From contig JAAZOH010000016.1 of the NCBI GenBank assembly GCA_012797845.1, positions 7,733 through 71,732 of the forward strand: 64,000 nt of DNA. The letters run 5' to 3'. This DNA comes from Candidatus Beckwithbacteria bacterium (lineage in GTDB: Bacteria > Patescibacteriota > Microgenomatia > UBA1400 > UBA1449). The notes beneath the pieces were generated by a model. The model was not told the origin of the DNA and searched no databases. It was given only the letters and a program-made list of their open reading frames with translations. Made by a program: the position numbers and the translations under genes. Positions 58,249 through 64,000 of this stretch are shown in pieces. Position 1 is the stretch's first letter. Each line of letters opens with the position of its first letter.

Positions 58249-58320
58249 TGGAATCGGAAGGACTCGAACCTTCAACCACCAAGGTATAAGCTTGGAGCTC
58301 TACCATTGAGCTACGATTCC
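58249..58320 (-). tRNA. tRNA-Ile (anticodon UAU)
   Basis: GGAATCG/CGATTCC acceptor stem plus A73, D arm GCTC-AATGGTA-GAGC, anticodon arm CCAAG-CTTATAC-CTTGG, T arm GAAGG-TTCGAGT-CCTTC; CCA not encoded; TGG-TATAAT promoter at 58337-58345. Confidence 0.93.
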
Positions 58321-58386
58321 AATTAGCAACAGGGGAATTATACCAAGGAAGTGGCTCTATTGTGAAATAGCACAGAAGTAAAGAGA

Positions 58387-60717
58387 TTATAATCTGGCCC
58401 GCTGGGCAATTTCTGCTCCTACTAAATCCGCATCTTTACCATATTTAAGTCGGGATAACTGAGTAATCATTTCAGCTAGTTGTTTGTTGCGCATTTTATT
58501 GTAGACCTCCATATTTTTAGTTAGATCTAGAGTAAACGGAGGAACAGGCTCATTATTAACAATAGTTTTAATAATTAAATTGTATCGTTCAATATTGATA
58601 AGATCTGTTTCGGTAAAGGTAGGCTGAAATTCATGCTGGAGATAATTGGCATCAGTTACCCCAACTCGGAAAGAAGCAATCGTACCCACATTACCAAAAA
58701 TAGCATTTTTTACCTCATCTTCTATTTGACCAATAAATTGATTAGCTACTACTAGGTTCAGATGGTATTTCCGAGCTTCAGATAAGATCTGGGCAAAGTC
58801 GGGGGTAGCAAAATTTTGAAACTCATCAACATAGAGATAAAAATCTGGCCGTTGTTCTTCAGGTACATCTTGCCTGCTCATCGCTGCGATCAGAATTTTT
58901 GGCACCAAAACCAAGCCTAAAAAATTAGAATTTTCTTCGCCGATCCGGCCTTTAGCTAAGTTGATAAGAAGGATTTTACGCTCATCCATGACCTTGCGAA
59001 AATCAAAAGCTGAATGGCTTTGGCCAATAATATTTCGCATCATTTTATCCGTCACGAAGCGGCCGAATTTAGAGGCAATGTAGTCTAAAACTTCAGATTT
59101 ATGAAAGTCAGAGGTTTGGGCAATCTGGTCAGTCCAGTATCGCCTGACCATTGGATCTTTGACTTTGGGCAGCAGTTCTTGGACATATTTTGGATCGGTT
59201 AAAATACGCACTACTTCTACAAAAGAAGCTCCATCTTCTACCATGACAGTCAACATAGCATTACGGATAGCATGTTCAAATCGAGGCCCAATAATACCTG
59301 TTTTATGCGGGTCATAGAGTTTATACATTAGACCAATAATAGCTGAAGCAATAAAGTGTTGTTGTTGCTCAGTTTTAGCTTCCATAATGTTCATACCCAA
59401 AGGCCGATCTAAATCTGCAGGATTAAAGTAAATCACGTCTTCTGCTCGCTCCGGGGGAATCATTTCCAATAGCTTTTCAACTGTATCATGAGGGTCAATA
59501 AAACAAACTCCACGACCAGCTCTAATATCTTGCAAAATAAGATCAGTCAACATTTCTGATTTCCCAGTCCCAGTTTTTCCAATGATGTACATATGACGTT
59601 GTCTATCTATATCTTGAATATAGACTGGTCTTGAGCTACCCCGAGCTATATTTTTCCCAAGATAAGTGCCTGAACTAGCAATTCCGGCTGGAGCTGGCAT
59701 CCGCTTAGCTGAAAGCCAATAGATGTGTGGAGTTTCTACGCTTTTGTTTGGTAAGTGGAAAAGGGTAGCTAATTCTTCTGAAGATAAAACTGATTTACCA
59801 TCAAAAAGTGGCTGGTAGCGGTAAATAAAATCAATCATAAAAAAGTATTTAAATAAGTGCCATTTGGGAGTTCTTAAAGTATTTAAATCAGAAGCAAACT
59901 GTTTGAATGTCCCTACAATATTTTTTAAATGCATTTTAGCCCTAGGCATATCTGGAGCTGAAACCACAACTCTAATAGTGGTTTCAAAGCCAGGTTTAGA
60001 ACACTTATTTTCAATAGCATCATAAGTCTTTGGATCAATATTGTACTTAGCTTTTTCTGGATCAGATTCATTCTTTTTGGTTCGCGATATATAACCTTTA
60101 CCCATATGACTCCATTTCGGTCCAGTAGGTGCAATAATAATTTGTACAACTGCTCCTTCATCATCTCCCATCTTAGCCAACGCTGAAGTGATAGAAGACA
60201 ATGGGTCTGTTGGTAAGTCTTTATAAACTTTAAGGGGATTGTAATTGCTTGATTTGAGATAAAGATTATCAAAAGCCACTTTACCTTTTTCTGTAAAAAT
60301 ATTATATTCATCTATTTCACGAATATCGGCTCCGGGATATGCTCCATAAAGCTGTTTTTCCACCAAGTCTTGCAAATGACTAGGCACGGCTACATAAAAT
60401 TTAATCTCTTCTTTTTTGGCTACAATTTCAAAAGACAAATGGTCTTGGGCAGACAACCAGGCTTTAAAACCAATTTTAAAAATTGAATGCAATGAAGCAA
60501 ACATTTGTTCAGCTGCGTCAATTTTGGTTTCATTTTCCCGAGGTACACGTATCTGTAATAAAACCATGTCCAATGATACTTCTTCTCTTTTTCTGAATTT
60601 TAAAAGTAGAATCAGCACATACCCTACTCCAGCTATGCCTCCAATTGCTAGTAAACCAATAATAAGTACTACTGCAAAATACTGAATTTGAGATAAGAAA
60701 GTTGCAAGATCTGCCAT
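58387..60717 (-). CDS. VirD4/TraG/TrwB-like type IV coupling ATPase
   Basis: N-terminal TM, RHMYIIGKTGTGKS Walker A, FIDPH, LYVDEFQNF Walker B, LSEARKY, ANQFIGQ, FGNVGT. Confidence 0.88.
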   Translation of the reverse strand: MADLATFLSQIQYFAVVLIIGLLAIGGIAGVGYVLILLLKFRKREEVSLDMVLLQIRVPRENETKIDAAEQMFASLHSIFKIGFKAWLSAQDHLSFEIVAKKEEIKFYVAVPSHLQDLVEKQLYGAYPGADIREIDEYNIFTEKGKVAFDNLYLKSSNYNPLKVYKDLPTDPLSSITSALAKMGDDEGAVVQIIIAPTGPKWSHMGKGYISRTKKNESDPEKAKYNIDPKTYDAIENKCSKPGFETTIRVVVSAPDMPRAKMHLKNIVGTFKQFASDLNTLRTPKWHLFKYFFMIDFIYRYQPLFDGKSVLSSEELATLFHLPNKSVETPHIYWLSAKRMPAPAGIASSGTYLGKNIARGSSRPVYIQDIDRQRHMYIIGKTGTGKSEMLTDLILQDIRAGRGVCFIDPHDTVEKLLEMIPPERAEDVIYFNPADLDRPLGMNIMEAKTEQQQHFIASAIIGLMYKLYDPHKTGIIGPRFEHAIRNAMLTVMVEDGASFVEVVRILTDPKYVQELLPKVKDPMVRRYWTDQIAQTSDFHKSEVLDYIASKFGRFVTDKMMRNIIGQSHSAFDFRKVMDERKILLINLAKGRIGEENSNFLGLVLVPKILIAAMSRQDVPEEQRPDFYLYVDEFQNFATPDFAQILSEARKYHLNLVVANQFIGQIEDEVKNAIFGNVGTIASFRVGVTDANYLQHEFQPTFTETDLINIERYNLIIKTIVNNEPVPPFTLDLTKNMEVYNKMRNKQLAEMITQLSRLKYGKDADLVGAEIAQRARL

Positions 60718-60754
60718 AACAAACTAATACCCAAGTTTTAGAATCATCATATTA

Positions 60755-60773
60755 GGTACTATTTTATAGTACC
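60755..60773. promoter_or_regulatory. Palindrome overlapping the likely -10 of the VirD4-like gene
   Basis: GGTACTAT-TTT-ATAGTACC; the minus strand reads TGG-TACTAT. Confidence 0.45.
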
Positions 60774-60801
60774 ATTCTTGGTAAGAAAGAAGAATTGCTA
60801 T

Positions 60802-61407
60802 TTATTCCTGCTTAAAAAATACTCGTCCCGGATAGAGCAAAATATTACGATGACACCACTCTGCCAACCACCGCACTGAATCAGCTACTTTATGATGAAA
60901 AGCTTTTTCTATTTCTTCTTCTGATACTGGTAAAGTAATATTGGGTTTAGAAATTTGAGTAGCTTGAACCAGCAAGTCTCCATATTCATCTTCCACCGGC
61001 TTTGGTAAAGTAATGGTTTGAGGATTGGGAGTAGGTTTGACAAATTCGGCTATTTCCCCACTCGGTTCAAAATCAGCTTGAACTTCCCGGATTGGAACCC
61101 GCTCTGGGCTAGGGGTGCCAACCTGTTCATCTTGACGTTCTTTGTCCCGGGTTTGTGTAATTTGATTGGTTGTATCATCTGAAGCATCATCAGAAAACTG
61201 GCTAGTTTGTTGGCCAAGTAATGATTGTAAGCTTGGTCGCACTTGAGTAGTGCTTTGCTTTTGTTGTGCTTGTTGTTGTATTGTATGAAGTTTGTCTTCT
61301 TCGCTTTGCTTAGTCTGGGCTTCTAGTGTGGCAATCTCATCCTGAAGTTGATGAGTAATTTGAACCACTTGTTGATCATCTGGAATTTGAGCAGTTGGAT
61401 CATCCAT
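60802..61407 (-). CDS. Q/D/P-rich hypothetical protein with a short folded-looking C-terminus
   Basis: Low-complexity body ending in LPVSEEEI..AFHHKVADSVRWLAEWC. Confidence 0.65.
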   Translation of the reverse strand: MDDPTAQIPDDQQVVQITHQLQDEIATLEAQTKQSEEDKLHTIQQQAQQKQSTTQVRPSLQSLLGQQTSQFSDDASDDTTNQITQTRDKERQDEQVGTPSPERVPIREVQADFEPSGEIAEFVKPTPNPQTITLPKPVEDEYGDLLVQATQISKPNITLPVSEEEIEKAFHHKVADSVRWLAEWCHRNILLYPGRVFFKQE

Positions 61408-61419
61408 ACTTTTATGATA

Positions 61420-61992
61420 TCAAAAATCTAAACCTTCTAAAGCTGGAATTCCCTGATCATAGGGATGTTTTACTTTTTTCATGTCTGTCACCAAATCAGC
61501 CAACGTAATAATATCTGAATGAGCATTGCGACCAGTGAGAACCAGGTGAGTTTTTTTTCGTAAGCCAATCAATTCTTTAACGCTTTTTAAGCTAATCAGC
61601 TTTTCATACAAAGCATTGTTAATCTCATCACAAATCAGCACGTCATATTTTTGCATCTTTAAAATTTCTTGAGCTTTTGTCAACGCTGCATCAGCCGCTA
61701 GTTTATGTTCTTCTTCACTAACCTTGTCAACAATGACAGCACCTGTTTTTAACCTTTTAGTTCTTAATTTTAAGTTCTTAGTTTTTAGATGAAAGCCCTT
61801 GCCCAATAAAAATACATCAATAGGTAAAAGTTTGACTATATTACTCTCACAAGTCTGCCAGGAAGCTTGTTTATACCAAGCTACCCAAGCAACTTTTAAG
61901 TTGGCACAACAGGCTCGTAAAGCTACCCCTAAAGCAGCTGAGGTTTTGCCTTTACCATCACCAGTAAAAATATATAGGAGACCTTGCTTCAT
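61420..61992 (-). CDS. cobO: Cob(I)alamin adenosyltransferase (CobA/BtuR type)
   Basis: IFTGDGKGKTSAALG, YDVLICDEI, LVLTGR, ADLVTDM..VKHPY..G....GLDF. Confidence 0.93.
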   Translation of the reverse strand: MKQGLLYIFTGDGKGKTSAALGVALRACCANLKVAWVAWYKQASWQTCESNIVKLLPIDVFLLGKGFHLKTKNLKLRTKRLKTGAVIVDKVSEEEHKLAADAALTKAQEILKMQKYDVLICDEINNALYEKLISLKSVKELIGLRKKTHLVLTGRNAHSDIITLADLVTDMKKVKHPYDQGIPALEGLDF

Positions 61993-62004
61993 ATAAGATA
62001 TGAT

Positions 62005-62673
62005 TTAATCTTTATATCCAGTTTCTTGCAAAACTTTATCTTGCCAAGCTGATTGTAACACTACCCCAAACTGCTCAAGAAAATCAGCAGTCTTGGCAAG
62101 TGGCAAACCAACCACGCTAGTATAACTACCTTCAATAGTGTCAAAAAGTTCATCTTTCATATCCTGGATACTATATGAACCAGCATGGTCTAGTAAAAAT
62201 TCTTGAGCCGACCACTTGTCAATAAATTTTTTAGAAAGATTTTTAAAGGTCATATGGCTCAACTCAAAATCAGTTCCAAAATGACTTGAAGTACTTTGTA
62301 ACACGCATAAACCGGTATACACCTGATGAGTTTTACCGCTGAGAAATGATAAGGTTTGAGCAATTTCAGCTTTATCTTTTGGCTTGCCAATGATTTGCCA
62401 GGTCTCATTAATAACTGTAGCACTGGGTAAAACTTGACTGGTATCGGCAATAGCCACAATTGTATCAGCGGCAATAATAATAGAGTTAGGCACTTTTTCA
62501 CCGCCAGCTTTAGCCTTAGCTAAGCTAAGTTTTACAACCAATTCTTCTGGGTTTCTAGCTAGTTTAGCAAAAGCAGTTTCATTGATTTGACTAGGTTTGA
62601 TTTCAAAATCTTTTATGAGCCAAGATAGTAATTTTTGGCGGCGTTTTGAAGCTGAAGCTAAGATAATATTCAT
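62005..62673 (-). CDS. maf: Maf-family nucleotide pyrophosphatase
   Basis: IILASASKRR, KAKA, IAADTIV, GKP, LSGKTHQVYTG, AGSYSIQ, GSYTSVVGLP. Confidence 0.93.
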   Translation of the reverse strand: MNIILASASKRRQKLLSWLIKDFEIKPSQINETAFAKLARNPEELVVKLSLAKAKAGGEKVPNSIIIAADTIVAIADTSQVLPSATVINETWQIIGKPKDKAEIAQTLSFLSGKTHQVYTGLCVLQSTSSHFGTDFELSHMTFKNLSKKFIDKWSAQEFLLDHAGSYSIQDMKDELFDTIEGSYTSVVGLPLAKTADFLEQFGVVLQSAWQDKVLQETGYKD

Positions 62674-64000
62674 AATGTAAAGATATACATATAATCCTGA
62701 TTTTTTAACTTAAGAGTTTTGATATATCGACTAGGCCAGTCAATTTGTTTTGCTAATGTGGCTAAAATCTGATCCGGTTTTTCCAAACTATTACTTATAA
62801 CATAGATTGCATCTAAATGGTCATAGTCATTGGCAGGAGCAACTTGAGTGTTAGCTATATCAAAAAAATAACGGTACGGCAGGGCCATATATTCCCCATC
62901 TGGTTTTATAGAAATAAGGTTATATTTTTGACCACTACTTTGCATGTCAATTTCCCAAGCTAAATTTTTAAAATCCTGAATTTGCCAGGTCAGTGGTTTT
63001 AAAAAGTTGTAAGCTGGCCATTGTAAAAAGATAAAGCCTACTACTATTGACAAAACATATATAGATTTTACTTTTTTAAAGTAGCAATCAACTACCAAGC
63101 CAATTAGTAGAAACGGCAAAAAGTACATAAAGCTAAAGTAGTGTTGGGCAGTTTTCGGCAGCAAGCTCAAACCTAAAACTCCAAAGAGATAGTAAAAAAC
63201 ACTTAAATACCAAATTTTGGTTTTGGAAGACTTAGCTGCCAAAATAAGCAGGCCAGCCGAAACCAGGGAACTTAGCCAGTTAGTTTGGGTAAAGCCCAGC
63301 AGGCCAGCCAGGCTTTGGCTAAAAACTCGGAACAGGTGACCGGCAAAACCCTGCATACCCAAGCTAACCGTTGTCCCGGAAAATTGCAGCAGCAGCTGTA
63401 TGTTCGGTAGACCGTTAATTAACTCAGAATAAATAAACGACGATAAAACGAGCAAAAAAAGACCTAAACTTTGCAAGCCTGGTTTGAGTAATTTATAAAG
63501 TTTTTTGTCCTTCTTAATAGCTAACCATAACACAACAGCTATAGCTGGAATTATAAAAATAGAACTATAATGCAGTTGTAAACAAATACCCAAAAGCAAT
63601 CCTATCCAAGGCAAGACTTTGAAGTTTTTGTTTTGAAGAAGTTGCCATAGGCAGTAAAACAGTAGCAAAGCAAATAGTGGCAAAATATTGGGTTGCCAGG
63701 CAAAACGGGCATGATTTAGGATCGGTGCTGAAAAAGCATATAGACTTGTAATCAGCAAAGTGGTGGTTTTATTAAAAATTTTTTGGCTAAAAAAATATAA
63801 AAAACCAATTGTGACCAGGCTTAACACAATTGTAAAATAGGTCATTCCTAATGGATTAAAATTTGCTAACCAAAGAGCTGGTGCCATCAGGTAGTAGTAA
63901 AACGGACCAAGGTGGATATTTCCTAAAGAACTAGTTGGACCAAGTAAGGGGAAATGGCCTTGAAAAAGATACCAGATAGCATAGCTGTCCCTAGCTTCAT
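62670..64000 (-). CDS. ArnT/PMT-like GT-C glycosyltransferase (5' end beyond the window)
   Basis: The frame stays open to the edge (EARD...PLLGPTSSLGNIHLGPFYYYLMAP); RFAWQPN, LQLHYS; polytopic. Confidence 0.8.
   Translation of the reverse strand, partial: EARDSYAIWYLFQGHFPLLGPTSSLGNIHLGPFYYYLMAPALWLANFNPLGMTYFTIVLSLVTIGFLYFFSQKIFNKTTTLLITSLYAFSAPILNHARFAWQPNILPLFALLLFYCLWQLLQNKNFKVLPWIGLLLGICLQLHYSSIFIIPAIAVVLWLAIKKDKKLYKLLKPGLQSLGLFLLVLSSFIYSELINGLPNIQLLLQFSGTTVSLGMQGFAGHLFRVFSQSLAGLLGFTQTNWLSSLVSAGLLILAAKSSKTKIWYLSVFYYLFGVLGLSLLPKTAQHYFSFMYFLPFLLIGLVVDCYFKKVKSIYVLSIVVGFIFLQWPAYNFLKPLTWQIQDFKNLAWEIDMQSSGQKYNLISIKPDGEYMALPYRYFFDIANTQVAPANDYDHLDAIYVISNSLEKPDQILATLAKQIDWPSRYIKTLKLKNQDYMYIFTL

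Noticed and set aside
34804-58320. Integrative element or prophage at the tRNA
   Set aside because: No integrase, relaxase or phage genes, and I saw no duplicated tRNA 3' end; the VirD4-like gene lies on the other side of the tRNA.
539-62501. Many short ORFs in the track that lie antisense to or nested within longer genes (for example 539-784, 3260-3745, 17112-17417, 42798-43088, 56738-57085)
   Set aside because: They overlap well-supported genes and show no motifs or initiation signals.
1-64000. CRISPR array, DGR/retron, IS elements, rRNA
   Set aside because: No regularly spaced repeats, reverse transcriptase, transposase or rRNA-like sequence seen by eye; a diverged DGR target without its template cannot be excluded.

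Overview
AT-rich bacterial chromosome segment using the standard code (TGA is a stop). Gene content and order point to a Patescibacteria/CPR genome, probably Microgenomates-type; this is inference from the short IF2, the stripped nusA-infB-rpsO-pnp block, an archaeal-flavoured mevalonate operon and an array of VirB2-like pilins. Left to right: the 5' part of alaS, small membrane genes, rodZ-like, ftsK, rnj, a protease-less Lon AAA+ module, three GT-C membrane glycosyltransferases, an ANT(6)-family nucleotidyltransferase, pnp-rpsO-DHH-infB-nusA, an mtaB interrupted by one in-frame TAA, and a complete mevalonate/isoprenoid operon containing an ECF sigma factor. Next comes a ~27 kb secretion/host-interaction region: seven tandem T4SS-pilin paralogues, a Cys-rich secreted protein with a lysozyme-like tip, a VirB6-like protein, giant cytoplasmic-start proteins with GT2 or M23 tips, and a VirD4-like ATPase. 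The window ends with cobO, maf and another GT-C gene. Non-coding highlights are a class II cobalamin-riboswitch-like RNA ahead of an unknown Zn-ribbon protein, a tRNA-Ile with the rare UAU anticodon, nusA and pnp leader structures, repeated leaderless-type TGn-TAnnnT-6nt-ATG promoters and several palindromic repeats. All calls were made by eye from motifs; no searches were run.
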